From: Albugo candida
Taxonomy: Eukaryota
Assembly (NCBI GenBank): GCA_040437565.1
Contig: JBDOQK010000013.1
Span: 248,068 to 312,000, forward strand
Direction of reading: 5' to 3'
Length of the DNA stretch: 63,933 bases
Position 1 is the stretch's first letter. The number at the start of each line of letters is the position of its first letter. The notes beneath the pieces are model-generated. The model ran no database searches. It saw nothing but the letters and a program-made list of their open reading frames with translations, and was not told the DNA's origin. The position numbers and the translations under genes are program-made. Of the stretch, positions 15,122 to 27,540 are shown piece by piece.

Positions 15122-16180
15122 AACATACAATTGATGAGAAAGATGTTGGCAATCAGAAAAAGGTCGCGGTTGAATACAAATACTCTATAGCAATTCAGCC
15201 TGATGTAGCGGTGAATAAAGGTCCCTCATCAAAAACCTGTGAAGATTCTTTCTTAATAAGAACTTGGAAGTTGATGCTAATCATTTTCTTCCATAAGCAG
15301 AACACGACGAGTAAGCCAACCATTTATGATCTCCCCGTTTTGTAGAGCCAAAGATGATATGATAGCAAGCTGCCGCATGAGCCTTAGACCGTTGCCGACG
15401 AGCACGGGACGCTTCATTAAATAGATGCGATATTGTGGACCAAAGATACTGCGCCTGTGGTTACATATTTGTTCGCGTCTTCATGCCCAAATGAACAAGA
15501 GCCCATAATCCGATACTAATCGTAGCATTTCAATTCGTTCACACCGGAATTAGTTGCTCTTATTAGATGGGAAAAATCTTAGAAAGCGGATGCGTAATTA
15601 AAATACTTTCAAATGCATGTGCCTATCCATACAATCATAAGCGAACCTGAGTGAGAAAAAAAGAGGAATGCGAGAGTTACTCCAAGTGTTATACATGTAG
15701 CTCAGCTTGATGCCACTGAGATTAAGCCTAACAAATAGTCAAGCGGCCGAAAATTCCACAGATTCCTTCATATTCGTATCGTAATACAAAAAGTCATGAT
15801 ACCGAAAGTAAGTCACCAGCTCGGTCATTCCAACGTCACGTTGTGTGTGACATTCCCGTCCACGGTGTCCGTATTGCTGACATACTTTGCATTTATGCTC
15901 GCCAGTGCTGTGGTTGGTNNNNNNNNNNNNNNNNNNNNNNNNNNNNNNNNNNNNNNNNNNNNNNNNNNNNNNNNNNNNNNNNNNNNNNNNNNNNNNNNNN
16001 NNNNNNNNNNNNNNNNNNGACCGGAAGTCACAAGAGCGATTCCTCGGCAGCCATCTTGCTCCATTTCACGTTCGATAAAGCTGTGAGTACTTCTTTCATG
16101 CTCCAAAAGTTGCCATTCGGGGTCTTCCTCAATCTGATTTTGAAAAAAATCTTCTACAAAAGTATCTGAATCGGCTGTAA
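15122..16180. repeat. Segmental duplication block YZ (inverted copy at 61312-63933)
   Basis: 15122-15690 matches reverse complement of 63361-63933; 15690-15918 matches 62508-62735; 16019-16180 matches 61312-61473. Confidence 0.93.
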
Positions 16181-16223
16181 CATCACCACCGAGTCTCTGG
16201 CGAATCGCGTCCCATATTGACAT
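15739..16223 (-). CDS. PPCS (CoaB)-like protein with C-terminal CCHC knuckle; presumed intact copy, middle hidden in gap 15919-16018
   Basis: ATG 16223 MSIWDAIRQRL..RGIALVTSG (start of the PPCS motif); 3' part encodes CKVCQQYGHRGREC and stops at 15739-15741; interior inferred from the paralog at 61312-62687. Confidence 0.65.
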
Positions 16224-16430
16224 TGTCCTGCCTGAAGCACTTCACAACTGTCGAAAAAATTTCTATTTTTTTTATCGAACTTAAAATTCGTATCAGTATC
16301 TCAAGTACAGATGTTTGGTGAGCAGTGCGGTCTCACGTTGCAAGGGTATCTATATTTCTAAATTAGCGTATCAAAGCTTCGCGGCGCGGTGAGAAACCTT
16401 TTGAGGCAGCTGCAGTCAATGCTTCTCGAT

Positions 16431-18695
16431 TCACGCGGACACCGGCTTTCCGTGCACTTGGAAGCGATAGAGACAGGTATACTCTTGATTTCCGTGGTTA
16501 GATTCAATGCTGAGTGTCATACCATCCAACACAGTGGTACAATTCTGGAAATGGAATGCGTCAGATTGAGAAAGATAATGTAAATGATGAGATACCTCGG
16601 GAGAAATTATCTTGAAAGTCTGACTTGAAGAATCTGAGCGATTGAACGCGTAACTACCAAGCGGGATGCGATCGACAGTATAAGTCTCCAAAGTGCCTAT
16701 GATACCCTACAAAATAAAAAGGTTGATCACGGATTGTCAATTACATACTCAATGCTTCAGAACAGTATCATCACCCATAAACGAAAGCGATTCGGTGCAG
16801 CAGAAAAGTCGCGAGCAACTTGTCTCCTGATATGTTGAACAGTGACAGAGGTCGGGATAATCCTATGACTAAGGCGGATGGAGAGATTTGCCTTTTGGCC
16901 ACTGAAACCCCAACAGCTCCCGATTTCCATGGTTTCCTGCAAACAATGGTGATTTAGTGTAATTCTGTAAGCTATTTTGTCGATAAAATTGAACATTCAA
17001 GTTTTACCGATAGTGCTGTCTCGGGCCGTCCATTATGACGTGATAGCCAAGGTGGTGTCACAAATTCAGTCAGGAGATCGCGTGCTGAAAAGATTGATGG
17101 AGAGAAAGTAGATGGGGTTGTGAATGAGTGGTCGTATTGTGGTCGCAATATTAGAGGATGAATCAGAGCTTCAAAGATACTTTTAGCAATTGATTGTTTC
17201 GTTGGGAAAATGTCGCTACATAGAAGACGTGAGAGTCGATTTCGCTGTGTGCTAATGTTCTCACCGTTTTTCGTAGACGACTCGAGCTCCATTGGCAATA
17301 CCTGCATAGTCAACGTCTTCTTTTTGCGTTGCTATTTCCTTTACCGTTTGTTCGATTATATTAATCAACTCGTGCTGTGATGAATGTTCGTGTTTGGACC
17401 CAAAGGTCAGAGAGCTCGATGCGACTGTACTATCTTCCAACTTTTGAGTGGATAGATCGTGCTCTAGTCTGTGTAAGTTCGACTGCATTGTTGCAAGTAG
17501 ATCTTGTTCAGTCTCGTTCTTCCAGTCTTGTAGCATGTCGCCCATAGTTCTTTGTTGGCTTACCAGCAATGTTTCTTCATCCACCTATCCATCATATAAA
17601 GCGTGTGCTGGCTCAATTCAACATGTTCAGGCTTAATACCTCTAGATATCTCACAATGCCAGTCATTCCGGTTTGGAAATGATCTTGGGCTTTTTCCAAA
17701 TTACTTATTTTTGAAGCCTAAAGACTTTGTAAAGCAGCGTAAACGATGAACTTCACTCATGAGACGTACTACTTGCTGTATGCCTTCGGCGACTCGACGC
17801 TCTACATATGTGGAAAGAGTGCTACTTTTATCCATCATGTTTGTTTGCTTTTGCTGCTCCAACAGTGTCCTCTGCATGAGTTCTTGAACGGACCGAAGAC
17901 TTTCAATCGCTTGATCTTGTTGGCTTACGGTGGTGCGAAGTGCATCAAGTTCGTTTTCAATGTAAGCCAATTTGAAGTCGAGGACTTCTTCCATGATACT
18001 TTTCATAGCTCCGCGCTCGTGAGAGCTCATTGTGCCGGTACTTTGGTCTAGATATGGTATCCGTGAGGCATATCGAATAGCGCTTGTGAGGTACGTGGGT
18101 GCGAAAATTGCAATTGCACAGCATATCAAAGGCAGCAACAGCCATGTCACATTCAATACAACAAGTATGAGACGTGCAAGTAGACTCTATCATAATACGA
18201 TGAGATTTAGCTGATTTTACATTCATCAGACTCATAAAGGTACCAGACTCCACTTGATTCCTTTGCTTAAACCCTGCATAAAATGAGAATGGATTATCTT
18301 TTGGAAAGAACTGAATGTCCTATTTCGTCCATCGACATCTTCGCGGTCATATATCGATGACTGGTTCGATTCACGTGCAGGTGATGTAAAGTCTTGATAT
18401 CTGGATGCGGAAGATTGTTGGCTGCTTATAAATGTGATATCATCTTCCTTGTCGTCATCTATCTGATCATCTTCTTCGTCTTCGTCGCTCTCTTGATTCT
18501 GTCTCTGTACCTGATTCAAGTTTCCAAGCAGCCGACGTTGTACTGGTGTTGTGTTGGTTCTTTGCAGCGTACTATTCCGCCCAAACCTGTCCATATTGAG
18601 ATTTGAGCGTAGTACAAGTTATGAGCATGCATCTACCTCTACCTTGGACTAGAACGTGTCCCTGAGGATCGCAACTTGTATCTGCCGCGATCCAT
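16431..18695 (-). CDS. C-terminal SUN-domain inner nuclear membrane protein (multi-exon)
   Basis: Disordered N-terminus, TM segment WLLLPLICCAIAIFAP, coiled coil, DYAGIANGARVV, GSCWGFSG..LSHRIIPTSVTVQH..SAAPNRFRLW, SNHGNQEYTCLYRFQVHG. Confidence 0.93.
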
Positions 18696-19045
18696 TTCTG
18701 CTTTATGTGCAATTTCAGTCTCATGCACTGTGTATACTCGCTTAATTACGAATAAATAGCTAGCTGGCAACCATTAAGTAATTTCCTCAGACATGGATGT
18801 AGCGGAAAAACAGCGCGTCAACGGAGGTAACACGAAGGTGCTCCAAAACCATCTTGACTTACGCTTCTTCCTTTTTTCTGTTTCTATCTTGAAGACGATG
18901 ATCTCTTGCATGATCCAACCTCTGCAGTGGAATTAGAGATAAAACAACAAACTGATTCCACCGAGCATATCGCAGGTAACACTCAAACACTAAAACATGT
19001 GATGCACGCTATCGGCATATCGTGAAATATGATATTTTGTGATAT

Positions 19046-19875
19046 ATGTGCTCAGCATCTCAATCCATCACGTCGATATTAAGAGAAAGAAAGCATCGTG
19101 GAAGTGACTCTGATCAAATACCTGAAGAAGAACCCGATGAAGATGTTGAAGAGGTCGATGATGACACAAGCTCAATGCTTCGGATACCGGAAGAGGAGGC
19201 CACCTCACTCATACAATGTCCTCCTATCGATCAGTGTTTTGATTCTTGGGAAGATTTTCACCACGCGATGGATCATTATTGCATTGCTACTCATCAACCA
19301 ATGCGCCTTCGTACTTCTGATTCGGCAAAAGCTGTGAATTTACGGGCAGCTCGACGAAACAGTTTAAAAATTCCAATTGATGAAAGCATTGGTTTTGTGA
19401 AGAAATTATATTTGTGTACGCATGGTGTCAAGACAAAGCCAAGAGGGAAAGGAAAACGACCCCGCCAACACTACCGATATATGGGTTGTCCGGCAATGAT
19501 TCGTGCGTGTATCTCAGAGAGGAAGCCTGGGGAAGGTCATGGCAAAGATAAATATGTAGTTCGCGTTGTGGCTCAGGTATGAAGACAATGTAGCATTGTT
19601 TTTAATCTCTACACCTGCAATACTGTTCTGCATGCATCTAGATTAACAAACATAACCATCGCCTCAGTGAACACTTGTTCAAGTCTTATTCCGAAAGCCG
19701 TGTCGTGATTGATGATGATCTGATTGTACCACTTGGACCCGGTAAAATCAGAGATGAGAGTACCTCAATCAATGCCGCAAACGCAATTGCTACAGCTGTT
19801 GAATCTGGGGCAGTTCCGTCTTCGCTGGATGAGCAAGCTTTGAAAGCAGCGCGTAAGCTGCAGCAGCCACTTTAG
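19046..19875 (+). CDS. Stand-alone FAR1-type (Mutator-derived, WRKY/GCM1-fold) DNA-binding domain protein, 2 exons
   Basis: FDSWEDFHHAMDHYC..QPMRLRTS..LYLCTHG..RGKGKRPRQHYRYMGCPAMIRA..|INKHNHRL (C..C..HNH zinc ligands); intron about 19577-19641; no DDE domain follows. Confidence 0.78.
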
Positions 19876-19947
19876 TGTGGTCTTGTTACGAGTTTGTCTG
19901 TAGATATTTTTCAAAGTTCGTCATTGGATATGCTGTCCGGAAATCGA

Positions 19948-21221
19948 ATGAAAATGAGGTAATTTACCGAGATATTTATCAGCAAAGCTGAAAAACGCAC
20001 TTTTGATCCAGGGTAGGATGGATTGGCACTGGGATAATGGGACAAAGCATGTGTAGTCATCTTCTTGTATGTACTCATCACATTTTGAGCTACCTCAAAC
20101 ACTAACGCAAGCATGGTACACCCACAGCATCACGGATATGACGTAACAGTATGTAACCGCACACTCAGTAAATGCAATGCGCTTCGAGATAAGGGTGCTC
20201 GTGTCGTTTCCACCGCAGCAGACGTAGCCAGTTATGCAGGTTGGATTCTTTGCATCGCATCATAATAGTGGATGCTAAGGTCGGAGCTTTTTACATGCAG
20301 ACATCATTTTCGTAATGGTCGGATTTCCGTCCGAGGTGCATTCAGTCATGCTAGATCCTCATAACGGAATATTGAGTCGAATGCGAGTTGGTGGAATCAT
20401 AGTTGACATGACCACAAATGAACCCACATTCGCGAAAGAATTATACGAAATGGCAAAAATAAAAGGTGTTTCTGCCTTAGATGCTCCAGTCTCCGGTGGT
20501 GACATTGGAGCTCGAGATGGGACGTTATCGATAATGGTCGGCGGTGATGTCGATGCAGTGTATGCAGCAATGCCTTACTTCAATCTAATGGGAAAGAATA
20601 TTCGCCACATGGGTGGGCCGGGAGCTGGGCAACATACTAAAATGGTAAATCAGATTTTGATAGCATCGGCCATGGTTGGCGTTGTGGAAGGTCTTTTATA
20701 CGCACATCGATGCGGTCTGGAATTGAATGAAATCATCAATGTCGTGAGCATGGGTGCTGCTGGATCTTGGTCAGTCAGTCATTTGGGTCCTCGAATCGCC
20801 GAGCGTAATTTTGAGCCTGGTTTCCTTATCGATCACTTTATCAAAGACATGTCAATTGCTCTCCAAGAAGCTCAAAAGTATAGAAGCGTGCATAAGGGTT
20901 GCCTAACTGCTCTCATACATATCTCTCTTTCCAGAATGCGCTTGTCACTTCCAGGACTTGCTTTGGCTCATCAGTTCTACAACGCTGCCAAAGTCAGTTT
21001 TTTATCTTAAATTGAAGCCCGCACAAAACGCCCTGAACAGAATGTGTGTACTTTAGGCTCACGGCCACGGTCGGTCAGGGATTCAGGCTTTGATTATTGC
21101 ACTGGAACAATTAAATGGTACGTCAATTCAATGCAAAACGATTCTGATTCAGCCTCTCATCACGTACAAATTATTAGGAATTCAAAATAGAAAGTCAGCC
21201 GATGATGTTGAAGTCGTCTAG
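19948..21221 (+). CDS. NAD-dependent beta-hydroxyacid dehydrogenase (3-hydroxyisobutyrate/glyoxylate reductase family), multi-exon
   Basis: MKMR|VGWIGTGIMGQSM Rossmann motif; [36 protein letters not shown]. Confidence 0.92.
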
Positions 21222-21414
21222 TTGTCTAAGATTGTGGTGGAAATTGCATTAAAATATTATCTCTAATTGCTTTGCTGCATGGTATTAATTTTCGTTGGCT
21301 TCATCTACCACTTCGTAATCTGATTGATTAAAATTCAATTTTGACTTTGATGCAGCATTTTCTCCAATCATATAGGTAATTCTACTTTGACTATCAGTTG
21401 CTATTACGAAAGAA

Positions 21415-22245
21415 ATGATGGATGTCTCTGACGCTGAATTGACGCAGCCACTTGTATATTCGTCGAATGAAGCCATGTATCATGATCTTGGTAGCGACGG
21501 TATCCATTCAACTGATATGGTCAACTCGACAAGAAGTTCTTCGCAGAAGCCCGACGGAAGAAGCGAAGAGGAGATGAAGCAGGCTCCTGCATTCAGCCAA
21601 AACTATGCAAGCCAAAGCTACATGGCTTCGAAACCTTATCCTCCGTCACACAAAATGTCCTACTTTAGTCAAATGAAACATGCTTCATCCTGGGGTAACG
21701 CTTCATCCATGGAAACAAGCGCATCCGTTTCGAAAATCGACATCGTATTCAGCGGGTTGTACACTTTAGCAACAGTTTTTACAATTCTTCAAGGATTTGG
21801 TATGCTAATGCACTACACACCCGCAACAGGTATGAAAGGACCTCTCCATCCAATATCATCGCTCTGCTTATACAACACTTTGTTCGTCTAGTCGCATTAG
21901 GCTTGTACACAATGTTGTTTGGTACGCCATTCGTCTCATTTATCTCATCCGGTACTGACCCAAATTCTGATAGGATCGATCGTCATTCTATATGACCTCA
22001 AAGCCGTGGTATATAGCGTCAATCTTGAGTTATATGTCCCTTTCCTGGGCAATTACTTTGGCCGCGCAATTACGATGCTATTTTTCACCGTATTATGTAG
22101 CCAGGTTCATGACTACGCCGGATGGAGCAAATTCGTTGTGCTTTGTGATCTGGTAGTAGCGATCTCTCAAGGAATTGTCTTTTTCACTATGAAGACGATG
22201 GACCCTTTAGAGTCGTGTTCGAACGATGAGCTCTCAGGACTTTAG
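21415..22245 (+). CDS. Multi-pass membrane protein, COPI-associated (PF08507-like) candidate; identical artefactual copy at 23256-24086
   Basis: Polar N-terminus then about 4 hydrophobic segments; YVPFLGNYFGRAITMLF resembles the FLxxxxGRG motif of that family. Confidence 0.6.
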
Positions 22246-24261
22246 TCTTGGACGCTTTTCAGATGTATAATACATTCGATACGCCTAAACACAGTGAAAC
22301 AAATCCGAGATCATTAAGATTTAGGCTATATACATGATTTTCAAGCTTTTTAAGAATCTGGAATTGGAGAGGCAACAAGACTTCGAGTTTATACAAATGA
22401 CTGACTACTACAGCTTCAACTCACGACTTTTTCTGATACAAAGTCGGTCCGAGTTGCATGCGTGAGTTTGCATAGAGGAACAAAGCGTACACAGCGGTNN
22501 NNNNNNNNNNNNNNNNNNNNNNNNNNNNNNNNNNNNNNNNNNNNNNNNNNNNNNNNNNNNNNNNNNNNNNNNNNNNNNNNNNNNNNNNNNNNNNNNNNTG
22601 CTGGATCTTGGTCAGTCAGTCATTTGGGTCCTCGAATCGCCGAGCGTAATTTTGAGCCTGGTTTCCTTATCGATCACTTTATCAAAGACATGTCAATTGC
22701 TCTCCAAGAAGCTCAAAAGTATAGAAGCGTGCATAAGGGTTGCCTAACTGCTCTCATACATATCTCTCTTTCCAGAATGCGCTTGTCACTTCCAGGACTT
22801 GCTTTGGCTCATCAGTTCTACAACGCTGCCAAAGTCAGTTTTTTATCTTAAATTGAAGCCCGCACAAAACGCCCTGAACAGAATGTGTGTACTTTAGGCT
22901 CACGGCCACGGTCGGTCAGGGATTCAGGCTTTGATTATTGCACTGGAACAATTAAATGGTACGTCAATTCAATGCAAAACGATTCTGATTCAGCCTCTCA
23001 TCACGTACAAATTATTAGGAATTCAAAATAGAAAGTCAGCCGATGATGTTGAAGTCGTCTAGTTGTCTAAGATTGTGGTGGAAATTGCATTAAAATATTA
23101 TCTCTAATTGCTTTGCTGCATGGTATTAATTTTCGTTGGCTTCATCTACCACTTCGTAATCTGATTGATTAAAATTCAATTTTGACTTTGATGCAGCATT
23201 TTCTCCAATCATATAGGTAATTCTACTTTGACTATCAGTTGCTATTACGAAAGAAATGATGGATGTCTCTGACGCTGAATTGACGCAGCCACTTGTATAT
23301 TCGTCGAATGAAGCCATGTATCATGATCTTGGTAGCGACGGTATCCATTCAACTGATATGGTCAACTCGACAAGAAGTTCTTCGCAGAAGCCCGACGGAA
23401 GAAGCGAAGAGGAGATGAAGCAGGCTCCTGCATTCAGCCAAAACTATGCAAGCCAAAGCTACATGGCTTCGAAACCTTATCCTCCGTCACACAAAATGTC
23501 CTACTTTAGTCAAATGAAACATGCTTCATCCTGGGGTAACGCTTCATCCATGGAAACAAGCGCATCCGTTTCGAAAATCGACATCGTATTCAGCGGGTTG
23601 TACACTTTAGCAACAGTTTTTACAATTCTTCAAGGATTTGGTATGCTAATGCACTACACACCCGCAACAGGTATGAAAGGACCTCTCCATCCAATATCAT
23701 CGCTCTGCTTATACAACACTTTGTTCGTCTAGTCGCATTAGGCTTGTACACAATGTTGTTTGGTACGCCATTCGTCTCATTTATCTCATCCGGTACTGAC
23801 CCAAATTCTGATAGGATCGATCGTCATTCTATATGACCTCAAAGCCGTGGTATATAGCGTCAATCTTGAGTTATATGTCCCTTTCCTGGGCAATTACTTT
23901 GGCCGCGCAATTACGATGCTATTTTTCACCGTATTATGTAGCCAGGTTCATGACTACGCCGGATGGAGCAAATTCGTTGTGCTTTGTGATCTGGTAGTAG
24001 CGATCTCTCAAGGAATTGTCTTTTTCACTATGAAGACGATGGACCCTTTAGAGTCGTGTTCGAACGATGAGCTCTCAGGACTTTAGTCTTGGACGCTTTT
24101 CAGATGTATAATACATTCGATACGCCTAAACACAGTGAAACAAATCCGAGATCATTAAGATTTAGGCTATATACATGATTTTCAAGCTTTTTAAGAATCT
24201 GGAATTGGAGAGGCAACAAGACTTCGAGTTTATACAAATGACTGACTACTACAGCTTCAAC

Positions 24262-25383
24262 TCACGACTTTTTCTGATACAAAGTCGGTCCGAGTTGCAT
24301 GCGTGAGTTTGCATAGAGGAACAAAGCGTACACAGCGGTAGCATTCATAGCGATAACATACAGCTGCACATAAAAAATGGCATTCCAATCGAATATCGCT
24401 GCTCCATACCCGACATATAGACCAACGACATGAGTACTCAACCCCAGTAAGGAAGCCACGCGAACAATATATCCATGCTGTCTGCGGTACCAATCCCGGT
24501 AACGATCGTCACAAGATGCCAAAAAGTTGTGTGATGCAGCTTTTTCTGGCTGAACTGATGCGGAATGGATGACCGCTGCTTGCATCTTCATGTAAATCAC
24601 GTATATCGCAAGAAGCACACTATCCAAAGAGTATGCGTTCTTTTCTCTCGCAACTAGATATTCAGCGTGCACACTACTGATCGTTTCACCGTTACATTCT
24701 GATTGAGAGGAAGCATTTTCCATATAAACATTCTTTATTTTATCATAAATTGCGGCGTGGACCCATGTGCTGAGTCCACCAACAACAGCCAGCGGCATGT
24801 AGGTTCCTCCGTAATGACTGGACATGACTTGACCCATCACGTAAAAATTTGGAGTGATCACAAGGGAATCCACTAGACCATCAAGAATTCTGCCAGTCCG
24901 TGTCCCACGGCCACATAGTCGCGCAACTTGACCGTCGACACAATCAAGAATGATCCATGAAAATATCAACATTGAAGCAAGCAGCAAGGAAGTAGTGGGT
25001 TCCAAATTTAAAGGCGAGTGAAATTCTGCGTCGTACAAGAAGAGTGCGGCGCTCCAGCCAATACCAAGTCCCAATAAAGTAATTTGGTTTGGTGTTATCG
25101 CGATAGGTAGATAGCTTATCATAGTAGCGATCACCGCAGCCAATCTTCGATGGAAATAATAATCAACCAGCTCTTCAACATCATACATTTTGGTAGACAT
25201 AGCTTTCCGATAACGATCGTTGCACTTTGTCGTCCCTTCCATAAGATACTCGAGAAAGGGCTCGCTTCTTGCTCGAATATTGCGTACGATTAATTTCGGT
25301 GCGTCTATCACATTGCGGTTCTCGTCGTCTTTTGTATCACAAGTTGACGGATTTCGTGGAGAAGAAATCTTTTGCGCGTACAT
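24262..25383 (-). CDS. CDP-alcohol phosphotransferase family protein (intronless ORF; start uncertain, frame open further 5')
   Basis: ITPNQIT and the signature DCVDGQVARLCGRGTRTGRILDGLVD; several TM segments. Confidence 0.9.
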   Translation of the reverse strand: MYAQKISSPRNPSTCDTKDDENRNVIDAPKLIVRNIRARSEPFLEYLMEGTTKCNDRYRKAMSTKMYDVEELVDYYFHRRLAAVIATMISYLPIAITPNQITLLGLGIGWSAALFLYDAEFHSPLNLEPTTSLLLASMLIFSWIILDCVDGQVARLCGRGTRTGRILDGLVDSLVITPNFYVMGQVMSSHYGGTYMPLAVVGGLSTWVHAAIYDKIKNVYMENASSQSECNGETISSVHAEYLVAREKNAYSLDSVLLAIYVIYMKMQAAVIHSASVQPEKAASHNFLASCDDRYRDWYRRQHGYIVRVASLLGLSTHVVGLYVGYGAAIFDWNAIFYVQLYVIAMNATAVYALFLYANSRMQLGPTLYQKKS

Positions 25384-26142
25384 CGAAGTGGTACACAATT
25401 TCTCAGGCTCTATACTGAGAATGTTGTTGTGCGAACGCAAAATTGCGTCAAAAATATCTTCAGCGGGTGTGGGGTTACTTATACCAAGAGGCGTCCACCA
25501 TGATATTTCGAATACAGTACCGGATTCGAAAAGTTGATTGTAAGGACCAATGGCTGTATGCTCCTAATTACATTAATCACATTAATTTTTAGTGTGCTTA
25601 CAGTATTGTTAATTGACTATTCGCTGATAACAGTGACGCCCTCTCGGGTACGGTTCGATCACAACATGACCAATCCATTCCTGAAAGCAACCAAAAGAAT
25701 GCTTCGACTTAAAACATCAATCGACCGTGTGATTGTCAAATGAATGAATCTTCTTGAATTAATGCAATACCATCGTACACCAGAGAATTGATAGACCGAT
25801 AGATCTTATGATTGTTGAGCGTAATGTGAAGCGCTGTACTCCTATAATGCCATTCAGATGGTGAAGGGGGTAACGATAATCCTACATTAAGAATGACAGG
25901 ACATGCGAAGTGGATCGGTGTGCGCTTGTGGCAAACAGAACAGATTGTTTGTAGCGTGCCACGCGTCGCTGCAAATTGATGTATGGGTATTTATTCTAGG
26001 TAGCTTTCACGCAGGAATCATCTAGTTTATAATCATATTATACGTGCATGGCTGAATGCAGACGTACTTTACACAGCTCTGCAGCGGAGCATAGAATGCT
26101 AGTCTATGTTTTTGAAACCTACTTTTTCTCGTCAGCAAGATT

Positions 26143-27540
26143 CTATGTCAATGGCCTGCATGACTCTGAAGTGTAACAAGACCTTACTTCGATATAGGAA
26201 CCAAAAAGAATAAGGCCAGCAAATGATAAACAGCATGCACCCACTGCCAGCGCGATACGAATCACATGTGAGCTTTGCGTAGGCTAATACAGAAAAGCAT
26301 AAATGTCATATAACAGCGCTTAAAAGAAAGGTCTTCATGCCCAACCTGCATATAATTTGTAGACTGCGTGTGAGAATTTTGCTTCAATGCTGATTTTATT
26401 TGTGTTTCAAATCGACAATGTCGCTTCACAATCTCTTCGACGGCATTTTGAAGTTCTGTTTGTAGCTTTCGAACCGAATCACTCAATAGTCCCATCTAGA
26501 TATTAAACTAATTAAACAATGGTGCATTCTGATGGAACTCATTACCTTCTCATCACCGAGTTTATCACTCGCTACCAAGCTAATAATTTGCGCTTTGATC
26601 TGTTGCAGTTCAATTGCATGATTCTGATCGTTTACAACGGCGTCATGACGCCAGCGGGTCAACTCCGACTCCAATTCTTGCAATCGTTCCCGTTGAATGT
26701 CCACTTCACTGTGTGAGCAATCCTTCAAACCAGTTTAAATCAAATCAGCTTGGACTTAGAAAAGTCGGCGCTAACCTTGGGATTGGCCTGAGAATGCAAC
26801 ATTTTTTCTTGGACGATACGGGAAAGCTGATTGTTAAGGTTTTCTAAAGATGGAAAAATACCGCTAGCATGTTTCTCAAATTCCGCCTGGTTCCGAATCA
26901 AAGCATCTCGCTCTTCAACAAACCGTGCCAGAGTTCCTTCAAGTTGTTTAGTATATTGGCGCAGCTGATCATTACTGAAAATTTGATCACCATTTTCGTT
27001 TTCACTACTGTCTTCAACACCAGTGAAGTGTAATTTTTGTTGTACTGGTATAGAGTCAATGCTCAAATCGTTTTGTTCAGATCGTTTGGATGCTGTTCCC
27101 GCACCTTTTCTCTCAAACTGGAAACATTTACCGAGAATCCTAGTTTCTTCGAAATCTTCTTTGTTGCGATCACTGATGGCTTTTTTGGTTCCACGAATAT
27201 CTGACAGCTCAGCCAGATTCATCCGATCAATGCGAGCCAATCGTTCCGCACTTGATAATTTTCGAAGGACGGACCATTCTGAATTTGGAGTCATTGAAGC
27301 TGTTTGTTCATGCTCATAAGTTTCTTGTGTTTCCAGCATTGTTTTTTGAGGTGACATTTCAGGTGTAGTAATTAGCGTTTCGATATCTGTATCATTATAA
27401 CTAAGTAAGTTTTGACGGCTGATAATCTGGTGTAACTCTTCGCGATGTTTTGATAACAATTCGTTCATATTCTCATCATCTTCTTCTTCCTTTTGTAGCT
27501 CTTCTTCAATTCTCATAAATGTTTCTTCTTGTATTGTCAT
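26143..27540 (-). CDS. Coiled-coil tail-anchored protein, 410 aa (exons 27540-26776, 26722-26546, 26495-26346, 26283-26143); KASH-like candidate
   Basis: Three phase-0 GT-AG introns join the open frames; the last exon (absent from the ORF track) gives TM IALAVGACCLSFAGLILFGSYI plus tail EVRSCYTSESCRPLT-stop. Confidence 0.75.

Noticed and set aside
20758-24338. Apparent 1.74-kb tandem duplication of the dehydrogenase 3' end and the membrane-protein gene
   Set aside because: The copies appear identical and abut a 100-N gap, indicating an unmerged contig overlap
25630-25665. GGTTCGAT T-loop-like motif as a tRNA
   Set aside because: No cloverleaf stems could be formed
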